From the NCBI GenBank assembly GCA_003614675.1, contig ML002267.1, positions 1-53,334 on the forward strand: DNA of 53,334 nucleotides. The letters are read 5' to 3'. Within the stretch, counting starts at the first letter, position 1, and the number at the start of each line of letters is the position of its first letter. The notes under the pieces are model-generated. The model saw nothing but the letters and a program-made list of their open reading frames with translations. It was not told where the DNA came from and made no database searches. The stretch comes from Dimargaris cristalligena (Eukaryota). The position numbers were made by a program, and so were the translations under genes. Shown piece by piece: positions 22,848 through 35,563 of the stretch.

Positions 22848-24125
22848 TTATTGGGGGTTAGGCTGGAAAGAGCGGGGGTGTTTAGGATCCATAAACTGGG
22901 CCACTTCTTCGTCGGTGATGGCCTTTTCCCGCTGTTGGAATTCCCGGACGAATTTCTGCAACACTTCGATACAGTGATTCTTGAGGTCCCCGGTACTCAG
23001 CGTACCGGCCCGGTAATTATCGGCCATTTGTTGGAGTTCCGCGTCGTCGTCACTGAAGAAGGTCAGGTATTGGTACGCCACATCCACGTCGGGGTTACCG
23101 CCGTTCAGCTGGTGCAGTTCCAGGGTATCACCGCCGCCGGAGAAGGCGTGCCGCTTAATTTTGTTCTTGATTTGGTTGGCGGTATCGCTCATGAAAATGG
23201 CCGAGGTGTCAATGGAGGAGCTCATCTTGGACTGGGGGCCTTGGAGGGCGGGCAAAAAGACGGCGTGGATGAGGGCGGGTTTGGGGTATTTGAGGCGATG
23301 GGCCACATCCCGGGTGACCCGGAAGTAGGGGTCCTGGTCGATGGCGCAGGGAATCAGACACGGAATGTCCTTACGACCCCCGAAAATTTCCGGGAAGGTG
23401 CTCGAGAAGGCCGGGGCCGCCTGGACGGCCACGAAATGGAGTTTGCCTACGCAGTCGCTGTCCTTGAACCCAAAAGTCGCCTTGGAGGTGCTCGTGGTGA
23501 TACACCGGGAAATGCGCACCACGTTTTGGTAGAAGGCACCGCCCATATAATCCAAATTGGAGAAAATAAAGGTCTTGTCGACCTTGAAGCCACACGCGAT
23601 AATTTCACGGGCGTTGACCCGGGCGTATTCCCGTACTTGGTCCAACGTCAGGTCCTGTTTGAACAAAAATTTCTCATCGTCGGTGAGCTGAATCACAATG
23701 GGCACGTCGAACACCTCCTGCAACCAGCGGCAAAAGACAAACGGGATCATGTGGCCAATGTGCATGTGTCCGCGACTGGGTCCCCGTCCCGTGTACAAGA
23801 AAAAGGGTTTCTTTTGTTCGTAACGGTCCAGAATCCGCCCAAGTTCCCGGTGGGAGAAGAAAATGCCGCGGCGCAGGAAGCGGTGGGGCTGGTGGCCGGT
23901 GAGACGCTCGAAACGGGCTAGGAGCTCCGCATCGATGGGACGGGTCCCGAATTGGGCGATCAGCTTGTCGTAGTCAATGGCCTGTTGGATGCCATCCACG
24001 ACGGCGCCTTCCACCTCCCAGGGGGTGACATTCTGGGCCTGCCCGGCGGCTTCGGACACCGATAGATTGCTGGTGGCCTGGCTGAGGTCAGCCTCAGTCG
24101 TTGGCTTCGGCGTGGTCGAAGTCAT
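22848..24125 (-). CDS. WRS1: Cytoplasmic tryptophanyl-tRNA synthetase, 425 aa, intronless
   Basis: [42 protein letters not shown] and AFSGG motifs. Confidence 0.97.
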   Translation of the reverse strand: MTSTTPKPTTEADLSQATSNLSVSEAAGQAQNVTPWEVEGAVVDGIQQAIDYDKLIAQFGTRPIDAELLARFERLTGHQPHRFLRRGIFFSHRELGRILDRYEQKKPFFLYTGRGPSRGHMHIGHMIPFVFCRWLQEVFDVPIVIQLTDDEKFLFKQDLTLDQVREYARVNAREIIACGFKVDKTFIFSNLDYMGGAFYQNVVRISRCITTSTSKATFGFKDSDCVGKLHFVAVQAAPAFSSTFPEIFGGRKDIPCLIPCAIDQDPYFRVTRDVAHRLKYPKPALIHAVFLPALQGPQSKMSSSIDTSAIFMSDTANQIKNKIKRHAFSGGGDTLELHQLNGGNPDVDVAYQYLTFFSDDDAELQQMADNYRAGTLSTGDLKNHCIEVLQKFVREFQQREKAITDEEVAQFMDPKHPRSFQPNPQ

Positions 24126-24436
24126 GGTAGAGATTTGAGAGAATAGGCGGGGTTTGAAAAATCAATATAAACTAATGAGATGGAGGTATTTTTTATAATA
24201 AACACAATAACTATTTAATTTTTATTTTTAAAAAAAGGGGGGTAGCAGGTCAAGAAATGAGAGTAGATTTTCTCAGGGAATTACGTCCGAGCCACTGCCG
24301 TTAAGGTCGTTGTTGTTGGACCTGGGTGGTGAATATTCCCTGTTGGCTAAGGGAAATGTAGGCCAGCTCCATGGACCAATTGGATCATCGTCTTTTATAA
24401 TCAATGTTAGCTATTGCTGCTTTTCAGTGCAATTGT

Positions 24437-24443
24437 TGAGTCA
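24437..24443. promoter_or_regulatory. Candidate Gcn4/CpcA (AP-1-type) site upstream of TrpRS
   Basis: TGAGTCA about 310 bp upstream of the ATG. Fungal aminoacyl-tRNA synthetase genes are often under general amino-acid control, but a single 7-mer can occur by chance. Confidence 0.35.
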
Positions 24444-24745
24444 CGTAGGTCTAACCAGACCGTCGCTAAGGTCATGTGACCTTGCTATTTGACTAAATTG
24501 GAAAGCTACGAGTAGTTATGGATTGCGATGGATATAAATGTAGCATGGGGCTATATAAGCAGAGGGTTGGTGAGGCGATGCTTAGTTTTTGAATACTAGA
24601 CTGCTAGCAGGTAATAACGGGCATCGTATATATATACTATCTAGTAATATAATACATGGCCATTGGCTTTTTCATGAATCAAAAATTGGTAGATTGATTC
24701 CTAGCTAGACAAATATAAATAAGTCGGCGTCCCCCCTTTTCTGAG

Positions 24746-24863
24746 GGGACTCCGCCTTTATTGACCAACGATAATAGTTCAAACATAGGGATGGTCGACC
24801 TTGTAGACTATCCTTTTCCCCTTATATGTTCTTATATGTTGTTAGGGGTTTCCCACCCTCACC
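24746..24863. repeat. Dispersed ~120-bp non-coding element, copy 2
   Basis: Colinear similarity to 4519-4639 in the same orientation. Confidence 0.7.
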
Positions 24864-25375
24864 TCTTACCCCACACCTGCACTCTCCCTTTGCTATGCAC
24901 AGACTTCTATTTCTTTCTTTTACTCGGTTTCTCTTTTACCTACATCATAGCAACCAGTTTTACTGCCCCCTTTCATTATGTATTAAAATTAGCCAATAAA
25001 TTGCCGCACAGGCAATAACATAGCAAGTGCTCCGGAAACCAATACTATTATGCCCAGGTGACGAAAACGCACCTAGGCCGGTCCCGTAGTATACCCCTCA
25101 AATTATACAGCCCAGAAACCGATCAGTGCTAAGCTATAGAGCCACCACTAAACATTTATAGACATAATATATTATATGAGGTATTACTAATCACCGGAGT
25201 TCCAGTGCTGAACTCCCGGAATACGAACTAATGGATATTTTTAAGGTCCTGCGGTTGGTTAAGAGGGGCATATAATTAAAAATATTAGGTAAAATAAATA
25301 AAATAAGAGAATAAATAAACCAATTGGTACAAGGCAAAGGTGAATTGGAATAGAGTTTCTTTAACCCGGTCCTAA

Positions 25376-28126
25376 TTACAAAACTGTGACGGATTTCTCA
25401 GTGACACCCGCCTCGAAAACGGAAGCGGCCCAGGCAGCCTTCGCGACAGTGCGGAGTCGATGCATATTTTGCTCCACGCGGTGGTCTACAATGGCCTTCG
25501 CTTTGCGATCAGAAAGTTTGGTGCGCCGAGACTTGGTGGGCCATAAGGTAGCAGTGAGTTCGAACGACCACCAGCGAATAACCCAGACCTTGACAATGTC
25601 GAGGACCATAAAGTAGAGGAGAGAGACCCCCATAATACCGCAGCCCCAGCCCCAGCCAATGGAAGCTGTTAGACCGTTGACGCCAAAGATGGAGATCAAC
25701 ATGGCGAACACCTGGGTGCCCATAATAGCGATCGTGAAAATCCACGACGGCAGGCTCTCCCAGAAGTAGCCCGAAAGTCGGGTGGAGAAAATGACAAAGT
25801 GGGGGCAGGACGAAATATGGAGGTACATAATCGTTTCGAGACGGGGGTCGTGTAATGGGATGCCAAAAGCATCCTTGGCCACAAAGAAGTGGGCGAAAGA
25901 CATGGCGGTTAGGAAACAGCCCAATATAAATGATAACGAAATCAACTGTCCAATACGCCACTTATCGGGCCGCTTGGAAATCTGTGCATTGTCAACCGAA
26001 ATAACCAGGGTAGCGGCATCATTAAGTACGGCGATAAAGATAAGCAAAATGGCGCGCATTTCCCATTCGAAGGCCAGGGTGACGATGAAGAAGAAGAGAA
26101 GGAAATGGATCGTGGAGGTGATTCGATATAAGGCGTAGGAGCGCATGCGCTGGAAAATAGCACGGGAGGTCAGAATACCGTCGACGATAGTGGAGAGGCC
26201 GGGGGCCAGGAGGACAATGTCGGCTGCCGAGCGGGCGGCGTCAGTACAGCCATGAACGGCAATACCCACGTTGGCCTTCTTCAGGGCGGGGGCGTCGTTA
26301 ACACCGTCACCCGTCATGCCGACCAGGTAACCCTTGTTCTGCAACAGCTCAACGACTCGGTACTTGTGTTCAGGGATAACTTGGGCGAAACCATCGGCGT
26401 GGTAGCAGCGACGCGTGATTTCGTCTTCAGTGGCGCTAGGGTCGATTAGCTTATTGGCGTCCAGAATAGCGCGTTGCATACCCAGCCGATGGGCCACTTC
26501 CTTGGCGATAACCAATTGGTCACCCGTGATCATCTTAACTACAACACCCATTTCCTCGCACCGGGCGATGGTGGAAGCCGAATCAGGGCGAGGGGGGTCG
26601 AGCAGCGAGATCATACCCACCAAGACCCACTCATCGGGCCGGTCGGGAAGGGTCTTGGCCACACCCAGTGCACGTAGACCCCGCTTGGCCAGGCTGTTAA
26701 CGGCCCGTACAGCGTCGTCATCACCGCCCACCAGGGAGATAATAACCTGAGGGGCACCTTTGGCTACCATGAAGGACTGTCCAGACTCGAGATTGTTGAC
26801 CGTAGACCGAGTCATTTTGGTGTCAGGGTTGAAGGGAATGAACGACACGACCTTGAATCCGGGAATGTTGTGGTCTTCGATGCCTTGGAGAATCGTTACG
26901 CCTTCCCTGGCCGCCAGGCGCACCGCCATTTCGATGGGATCCTTGGCACCGGGTTCAGACGACAAGTAGGAATAGAAGAGGATATCCTCTTTGGAATAAC
27001 CGGGTTTGAGGTAGGGGTCGTCAAAGGTAAGTTCGTTAAGAGTCAAAGTACCTGTCTTGTCGGAGCACAGCACGGATACCGAGGCCATCTCCTCAACGGC
27101 GGTCAGGCGCTTGACAATAACCTGTTTAGCGGCCAGTTGCTTGGCACCTACGGCCATAGTGACCGAGAGCACCGTAGGTAAACCAACTGGAATAGCGGCG
27201 ACGGTAATAACCAGTACATTGCGGAGTACGTCCATAACCTTGTCCTTACCCTTGCGAACCAACAGGAACGCGAAGAGGATAATCACCATAACAACGGTGA
27301 TGGCGACTAGGAAGTTACCGATACGGTTGACAATCTTCTGGAAATGACCGGCCTCGCTGGTCACCGAAATCAGATTGGCGGCACGACCAATGAACGTATT
27401 GGCACCGGTCTTGACCACGACTGCCAGCATCTGACCTTGTTTCACGATGGAGGATGAGTACACGATAGCACCTTTACCCTTTTGCACGGGCAGGGACTCG
27501 CCCGTTAAGGCCGACTGGTCAATTTGAAGTTCGCCTTCGGTTTCTTCGCCGGTAGCACCCAGGCCCAATAGACGAGCATCGGCAGGGATAATATCGCCTA
27601 GGCGAATAACAATGATGTCACCGGGGACCAAATCCATTGAATCAATCTCCACCAACTCTCCGCTGCGCCAGGCTTTGCTTTTCAGAGCCAGCGTCTGCTT
27701 GAGGGCATCCAAGGCGCTTTCGGCACGAGCCTCCTCCACGAACCCGATGATGGCGTTTAGAATCAGCAGGCCCAGAATAATACCAAAATCCAACCAATCC
27801 TGCACCACACCCGATAAAATACAAGCAACTTCGATTAGGAAGGCAATGGAACCGGTGAAATACGACAGGAATTTAAGGAAGGGGTTGGTCTTATGTTCAG
27901 GAATTTCGTTGCGGCCGAATCGGGCAATTCGCTCGGCCACTTCATTCTCGGCCAAGCCGTGGTGGTAGTCCGTTTGGAGAAGAGCCTCCAGCTCGGGCGG
28001 TATGTCATCGGCAACCTCCACATGGGTGGCTTCGTCCACTTTGAGGTCCTTCTTTTCGGATCGGGACAAGAGGGCCTTGCTTGGGTCTTCGCCATCGAGA
28101 TGGCTACGTTCCGGTTTCTCGGACAT
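25376..28126 (-). CDS. PMA1: Plasma-membrane H+-ATPase (P3A-type P-ATPase), 916 aa
   Basis: LTGES, IPVGLP, CSDKTGTLT, KGAP, DPPR, MITGD, TGDGVNDAPALKKA, SRAIFQRM and LNDAA motifs, plus multiple transmembrane segments. Confidence 0.97.
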   Translation of the reverse strand: MSEKPERSHLDGEDPSKALLSRSEKKDLKVDEATHVEVADDIPPELEALLQTDYHHGLAENEVAERIARFGRNEIPEHKTNPFLKFLSYFTGSIAFLIEVACILSGVVQDWLDFGIILGLLILNAIIGFVEEARAESALDALKQTLALKSKAWRSGELVEIDSMDLVPGDIIVIRLGDIIPADARLLGLGATGEETEGELQIDQSALTGESLPVQKGKGAIVYSSSIVKQGQMLAVVVKTGANTFIGRAANLISVTSEAGHFQKIVNRIGNFLVAITVVMVIILFAFLLVRKGKDKVMDVLRNVLVITVAAIPVGLPTVLSVTMAVGAKQLAAKQVIVKRLTAVEEMASVSVLCSDKTGTLTLNELTFDDPYLKPGYSKEDILFYSYLSSEPGAKDPIEMAVRLAAREGVTILQGIEDHNIPGFKVVSFIPFNPDTKMTRSTVNNLESGQSFMVAKGAPQVIISLVGGDDDAVRAVNSLAKRGLRALGVAKTLPDRPDEWVLVGMISLLDPPRPDSASTIARCEEMGVVVKMITGDQLVIAKEVAHRLGMQRAILDANKLIDPSATEDEITRRCYHADGFAQVIPEHKYRVVELLQNKGYLVGMTGDGVNDAPALKKANVGIAVHGCTDAARSAADIVLLAPGLSTIVDGILTSRAIFQRMRSYALYRITSTIHFLLFFFIVTLAFEWEMRAILLIFIAVLNDAATLVISVDNAQISKRPDKWRIGQLISLSFILGCFLTAMSFAHFFVAKDAFGIPLHDPRLETIMYLHISSCPHFVIFSTRLSGYFWESLPSWIFTIAIMGTQVFAMLISIFGVNGLTASIGWGWGCGIMGVSLLYFMVLDIVKVWVIRWWSFELTATLWPTKSRRTKLSDRKAKAIVDHRVEQNMHRLRTVAKAAWAASVFEAGVTEKSVTVL

Positions 28127-29717
28127 GGCCAGAGAAACGCGTATATTCAGAGGCAGCGAAAGGCGGTTTAATGGAAAATGGAGGGCCTATCTATGGGGTT
28201 GAGGTGCGATGACGGGGTGATCTGGCGAATATTTTTTTTTTAAAAAAAATGTATAATGGTGTAGGGCAGTGGCAGGGCGAGGAAATGGGAATAGGATTAG
28301 TTGGTAACTATACTTAGGGGATTGTGATAGAGAAAGGAATCGGAGGACGATGGCATATCACCATTTAATTCGCCATTCAAAGTGGTCGCCGAGGCAAAAA
28401 AAAAAGGACAACAAAGGGTAACTAGGGAATTTCTCTGACCAGAAACCACTAAGATAATATGACAGACTACAAATCACAGCATAAAGACTAATGGAAGGGG
28501 GGGCGAGGGAGGCTTAATTATACTCTATAGATACCCGTGGCCTACCCACACGACTCGCCCACCGGCCACCAATCCCGATGGGGACAACTTTTAAGAAAGG
28601 CAGATTGGCGATGATGGCGGTGTGAGCAGCGATAAGACGATGCATGGTACAATCACCCAGCTGTCAGAGGGGCAGTAGTGACTCAGTGGTCACTGCTAGT
28701 CTAACAACTGCGGAGTTTACTTACATAACAGTACCCTGGTCGGGTTAGGTACAGCACCACCAATGGGAATTACACAAACACGTTTGACTGGGTCAAAGGA
28801 AAGACCAGGATGGAAGAACAGGGGTGGCTACCGCCGACTCAGTCACTACACGTTGGCGCTATTCAGTGCCGATGCAAACCCCCCGCGATGACGCCTAAGA
28901 TACCAGTAAGGTGGCTTACGGGGCTATTGAGTGAGAAGAAGCCACCTGGAAAACGGGGGCCAATTAGCCAAGTATAACGCGGGCTTTAAAGGCGATGGCT
29001 GGATAAGCAAAATGCAATTGTAATTACAAATAGATAGGTGAGATGGTTTTGCCTGTGGTAAACAAAGCAGTACTTTGGAGTGGAGGGAGTGCGGAAAAAA
29101 TCAACAAACAATACAATTAAGTATTTGTAAGATATTGGACCTGTAGAGGTCCGGCCGGGGGCAACACTTCGAACAATGATTATTCGGGCAGGGAACGCCG
29201 GGTAAAAGACGAATATTAATTATAATTGTAGAAGGATAAAGGCATGTGCGCAGAAGCTATGGAATTCCTACGGACAATGTAAGTCGCTACTGTGCCAAGT
29301 CCAGCGGTGGTGAAAAGGCTAAATTGAAATAGCACAACAGCTTTCACAACTAGCAAGGACGAAAATCGATGAATGGTGTCGCAATGGCCGGGGATATTAT
29401 CCGGAAAAACAGGGATATCAAAATCAAAGGGAGAATGAATCCATAAATGAAGGAGGGCTAGAGATTCCCCGTCTGACGACCAGTATTTAAGTCGCTTTGG
29501 GGCTCCGTGAAAAGCAATAAGAAACAGGATAGCATGTACCTTGACTGAAGGGCGGAGCGTCGATGCAAAGAATAGACAGAATGAGTTGGGAATGTACCGC
29601 CGATAGAGAATCAAAAGAAACCGGACCGGAAGAGCGGTTCGAAAAAAAATAGAGAATAATAGAGTAGAGTAGAGTAAGGTAGGATGTACGGGATGGGAGG
29701 CAGGGATCTCGGAGAGG

Positions 29718-29725
29718 TATTTATA
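29718..29725 (-). promoter_or_regulatory. Candidate TATA box (TATAAATA) for the H+-ATPase, implying a long intron-containing 5' leader
   Basis: Minus-strand TATAAATA followed by a pyrimidine-rich leader, with an acceptor-like CCCCATAG about 65 nt before the ATG. Confidence 0.35.
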
Positions 29726-32700
29726 GGGGCAGCCCGTCGACCGGGCTATATGCGTCTTGCTGCTGTGCCAGGGGCAAGGGAGGCGTTGATTGGGCCTCTC
29801 CTGTTGAAATAGCCAAGCATGCCGGGTGCAACCCAAATGACCCTTTCTCCATCTCCTCCCGGCAGTGCATATATTCTCTCGCATGCACCCTCCCATCTAA
29901 TTTGATAGAGGCCCTGGTCTCCCACATCATGGCCATCTACGGATCCTCCGGCTTTATTTAATGTATCTATTTATTATGTATACTTTATCGCATTGCAGGT
30001 TATACGGGGTCTGTCGGTAGCGTATACAGCTGATTTCTTTTAATCGACTTTAACCGGTAGTTTGCCCCAATCCACCGCTGTAGAATGCAGCACCCAAACT
30101 AACCGGCCCATCTATATTCGCAACCTACCATGGGGATCGGCCCAAGGAAACGGGGGAACAGGACGACGACCCGGGCAATGCTCGGCTTATAGTATGGCAT
30201 TCCGGCGGCGGCGGGACGTCCGTGGCCCTGTCGTCACCACGCGCTGACCCATGCTGGATCATGTAGGTCTAGTATCCCGTTCAAATGGCAACGCGGGGGG
30301 CCACCCAACTTCCCCTTTGGTATGGCTACTCCCCCCCATCCTTCCTTCATTGGCCATTGGCAAATTCACCCCTTCGGTCTATATCTCACCCAGCCAAGAA
30401 GGTAGGTTCCCCCTCTTCCAATCGGTTGTTCAGGGCCATGTTGGGGGTCATGGGCGGGGGTGCACCTTACAGCATACAGTGCGGTTGTCATGCGGGTATG
30501 AATGCGGGGAGTGCCCCCATCAAACAGACCGGGTGGCCGCGGTGTAACAAATCCTTCTTGGAGAGGGGAGGGGTGTGAGTAGGTGAGGAGAAGAGAGAAT
30601 TGGAGAGCTGCCGCCTATTCTCTACCCCTCTCTTCTCCTTTGGTAATCTACTCCCCGTCACCTTCCCACTCAGTTTTGGGCATGGCTACTGACCGGAAAT
30701 CACTACTAATTATGAGGGAAGTGGTGCCGGCTGGCTGGTTCGCAACCCATGTATATAAAATGGGCCGATGTTTACCTGCACTGTACCCATACACTACCCC
30801 CTCCCCTTCTAATAATTGCGCCTGTATGCTACTATCTATCAATTGAAGAAACCACCCTGGGCTGGAATCAATGTATTTATTATCAAATAGCTCAAAAAAT
30901 GGCGATCCCTATAAAAGAAAAGTGGCCACATTTTCATCCCAATCTAGTCCAATCCCACGCTGTGACTTACCTAGCCTTATAAAATGGACACATCCAACTG
31001 ACAGAGTGATTTACACTTAAAGGTCCGTTCTGTTAATTGGATGGGCATTTCTTACCGACTTTACCTCCCTTGTGCTCAAGAAAATAATTGAATAGAGGGG
31101 ATTATTCACATTGCACCTTTATTCCCCTCCCCTGGCTGAGGGTAGAAGACGCCGGACAAGACATGTCGAGGAGAAGTGGGAATGACAGCTGCTTACACTT
31201 TAGGCCAATCCCTTGTATCCATTTTTTTTTTTGGTAATTCTGGGCTGACTTTGGGCCAGCAAACGCCGTCGCACTTGGGAAAGGATCAACTCCACTCTTC
31301 ATGGTCGCCAACCACACTGATTCGTAAATACCCGTATAGTTCACTTAGTTAGGGAAGGGAACCCGTTTGGCGCGTGGGAAGCATGCTTTTAGATACCCTG
31401 CCCCGTTTGGGGCTAAGTCACACCCTGTTATTAGAGGGGCCGCTATACCCGAGCACAAGGTAAATTATCTATATATATATTTGTGTTTGTGTGTATCTGG
31501 AGAAGATGAAGAACTGTGCGAGCCATATTTCGCCCTTCCTTTGTTGGTATTGGTCCCTCTATCCAGGGTGCCTGCAAAGCCAAGTCACAAGCAAGGGGAT
31601 GTGATCTTCCAGTGGAATGTTCCGCCGTCGTGTCTAGTCAACAACCGGCATTAAGTGATAAGCACTCTGACCATTCATTTCATTCATCTACAGTCGCCCC
31701 CCTTGGGGAGGCATTCCTGATTGGACACGCCTTTACAGGACTTATTGCACTTGCCCTGCCTCAACGATTAAATGTACTATATTAAAGGGTTGTGCTATTA
31801 CAGTGTGGCCTGCACTTTGACCCTTCAACCAAAATATCAATCGTCCACTAAACCTTGGAATTGGATTCAAGCTGATTCAGCTCGCCTAGTCGTTTGGGAA
31901 TCGGGACCGCCATTACACAGTAGAGGACGTAACTTGAAAATATGGGTGTGTATGTGAACCATTGGGGACGCTGGACAAGCCCTAAAGGATTATGAATAGG
32001 AAGCCCTGGTGAAGTTAACTTAGGCCGGGCAAATGGAAACAACGTTGCTATGCCTATTGCTGGCTTACGATACATTGATCGTATCCCTACAATCTTACAA
32101 CCTCCTCTCTAACATCATCGTTACCCCTTACCACCCCTGAACGAACCGTTCGTTGAGTTGGACGGGAGGGGAGGGGGGGTTGGATACATAGAGGGTACAG
32201 TATCAGATTCAAGGCAATACTCTCCATCGGCCGCAGCCAATTAGTGTAAGCCTCGGCCTTGTGTTCCGGACTGATACCATGGCTCCACCATTCTTGACTG
32301 ATAGGCTTGCCGGGCTGCAAATTGACAACAGGTTTTCTCTACGGGAGACGACCGGTTAGCACCCATTCAGTAACCCGGTTTACGCACGCATACTTATTTA
32401 TAAGCGAGTCCAGAGTCCAGTTATGACCATTCTAACTGATACATTTCAGTAGTATATTTTTACCAATATATAGAGACCATTGGATAATTAAAGAATAGGT
32501 TGGTGTATCGTTAGCCATGAAAGTCGAGAATGACCTGCACACTTTAAACAGGGCCAAATCTCACGCAGTTAAACAACCTCCCTGCGCCTACCAATCTGAT
32601 CCCTAATTACCAAACTATGACTTAATATCGTATCGTTATGGTGCAAGGGGGGTATAGCAGGGGATAGCAATTGGAACTAACAGCTGGCTTCTACGAACAC

Positions 32701-34051
32701 CCCAGAGTTATATGTTGCCGATCCCTCCCACGACACCATCTGGTAAACCCGCGTGTAAACCATACCAGCGTTCACCATGAATCCGACTATACTATTTAAT
32801 ATACCCGCCTTTCAAGGGTTTCTGCACCCCCAGCCACAGTGGGTTTACCACATGGGCACTCAGGGTCAGCTTATTTCTACCTCGCATCGCATGGCATGGG
32901 TATCGGTGGATTGCCCATACCGGTAGTGGGTCAGATAGGCTTGAGATTCCACACCCCCAGCCTTTGTTTGGAAATGTTCGCACGTCTGAGAGAATACAGG
33001 CTACATTTGCGGTAAGGAGAAGGAGAAGAAGGAAATAAGTAGGTGAGTGGGTGGAGGATCCGACATGGTCTATATGTGGGGCTGTTAGGCTCCGGAGGAA
33101 CAACTAATCTGGGGTTAGTTCTGGGTTTAGGAATACCGGAGCAATAGGCGTGTAAAGATTCTGAAGGCGTAGCCCCCATTGCCAAAACCCCGTAGAATGG
33201 TCTATATGGATTTTCCATCTCCGGTTAAGCCCATTTTAACCTTTAAGTCGCCGCCAACTCCTACTTTGACAGCGCATTTAGTGTATTAGAACCCCTTACA
33301 GCCCCCCTATTACAAATGGGAACAATTACAGGGGTAGCGGATTGAGTAAATAACGCAGCTACAGGGAAGAGGACAAGGCATTCATTATTGTGTACTTTAG
33401 AAGGAATGGAATACTAACAAAAGTCCGACATTTTTGACAGGCCCCTTCGGGTCGAGGAATAATACCAATGGCGGGGCTAAACTACCCAAATGTACCACCA
33501 CCTATACTAGCGCGTGGGCCTCCCGATGCTACGGTGTCCAAAACAGAGCTGTACCACTCCTTGGGGTTAACGGATTTCCGGAGGTTTAGTTCCGAATATT
33601 AAAGTAAAAGACTGCTCTACTTCTACTACCAGAGAAGATGTAGCGCGGGAGGGGGTTTCACATACGAAGTATGTAGGCTAGTTAGATTGGAAATAGTGTA
33701 GAGAGGATATTGACCAATACTCTTGTAGGGATGGGGGCACGATGGTCCACGGAATGTGGACGTGGAATGAGAGGCCTTTGTACATCTGCAGGTCTCCTTT
33801 TAGCTAGCTACATTATCTAACCCATTCTAGAGTACTGGCGCCCACGCTTTAGGTTTAATGGGGAATGATATCGCATGGGATATACCTAATTTTGAGGAGG
33901 CGCGTCACGCCGTGCGATATTATCTTCATGGGGGGTGTCTCTTTATAGGAGCATAATCACCCGGTAACCAATGCATCGCCGTCTGATCCCAACCTACCGC
34001 GTGTGTACCAGGCGTAGGAAATATTCCCTCAGCGTATCTAAATATAAATAA

Positions 34052-34091
<40 letters not shown>
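34052..34091. repeat. Compound (TA)n(TG)n microsatellite
   Basis: Seen directly. Confidence 0.9.
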
Positions 34092-35563
34092 AAAACGAGT
34101 GAGCCATTAGGTGGCGGCTGGGAGGGTGAGGTGATTGATTATTGCGCTCCCCATTTTGGCATGTGGACGACCTATAATAATAAGGTAAATATATGGATTC
34201 GGATACATTTAGGTATGTTCGGTGTTTACTTATACCGGCAAATGGCGGGAACGGTGCCCATTCAGTCATCCCCGTTAGCCCAAAACTGTGCAAAACCAAA
34301 CAAGTAAGCCCCGCTACACCTGACCCTTTACCCTTTTTAGGTGAATGGCCAAGACGGTCATTTGTATATGCTGGGTGGTACAAAAGCCTCAGGATGGTGA
34401 ATGTTGACTAGTTTCAGGCAAGTTGGATAGTGTGTATGTATATCTTGTCATGGCAAATGGGTCACCCAGTCCAATTATGACAGCAGATCAGAACCGCACT
34501 AAGTTGTTTACCCGGTATAAACCCTTTGCTGGCGGTATTTCGTCCCGCCGTGCATGTCAGCCTGATTTGAGGCTTTTGTCCGACCGGTGAGCCGCTTATA
34601 CTTGGCTTTTAGATTGCTATTTGCGTTAATAATACCAAAACACTGTCCAACTTCCCAATGATTAAACATCCCTGTTTTAGCCTATCAGGGGATACATGAA
34701 GTATAATATTTCTAGAGTCCCCCACTAAACATCTCTACCATGGCTCGCTGAATACATATCTAGCCAAAGTACACTCGCAGGGTACATATACTATATAATA
34801 TACAAGGTCATTGGTAATAACAGTATTCTGAGTCCCAAAAGTGTCGATGATGTCAAGAAGAAGATGGCCCACTAAAGTGACCCGGGCGGGAATTCTAGAA
34901 GACCGTGTGACAATGAACCACTGCATCGATCCAATTGGAGACCCGGGGAGCGGTTTGAGAATGGCGATAGTGGGCGTCAACGCCACCCCCGATTTAAAGC
35001 GCCAGGAATGTCCCTGGTCCCACGCTCCAGAGCACCCAGCTACTAAAAAGCCCTCCCTGAGTTCTTTATTGACGTCATGCTGGACCAGGGGCGGGGGAAT
35101 ACCAGGTATCATGAATCCCTATGGGTTTGCATTGAGACTCACTCAATCTATTTTATAAATGATAACAATAACAATAGTCCAGTTGTTTATAGAATGCCCT
35201 TTTTGTTCGGCCGGCCCTAATCTACCTATTAGTACCCCTCCCCCTGTAACGACCAGCAACCGGCTGGATAGAAATGGCCGGTAAGCATGCTTTACATCCT
35301 GTTAAAAACCTCGACTCAAGAGCATTGGTAGGAAGATCCTGGCATCATCAAGTACTGACCGACGCGCCACCGTATCATCGCTGCTGCAACTTACTTTCAC
35401 CTAATCCCTAGTTGCATGTATAGTTATGTACATTAGTGGGCCAACTCACCCAAATGGCATGTGTCCATCAATAGGTAAAGACTCTGTGTTTTAGAAAAAA
35501 TAATGTTTGTTAATACATCTACCCCACTCCCCCCCAAAAAAGCGAGCTATAAATAGACAAAGG

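Noticed and set aside
22815-23921. 368-aa plus-strand ORF
   Set aside because: Antisense shadow of TrpRS, explained by GC-rich codon usage; no motifs.
25196-25216. Hairpin GGAGTTC-N7-GAACTCC, and a looser one near 5169-5196, as Helitron ends or terminators
   Set aside because: Short stems are expected by chance, and there is no convincing CTRR end or matching 5' end.
29216-29896. 226-aa minus-strand ORF upstream of PMA1
   Set aside because: Composition is not protein-like and it spans the candidate TATA box and leader.
34735-35158. Overlapping 125-aa and 105-aa ORFs
   Set aside because: No recognisable domain or splice-supported extension.
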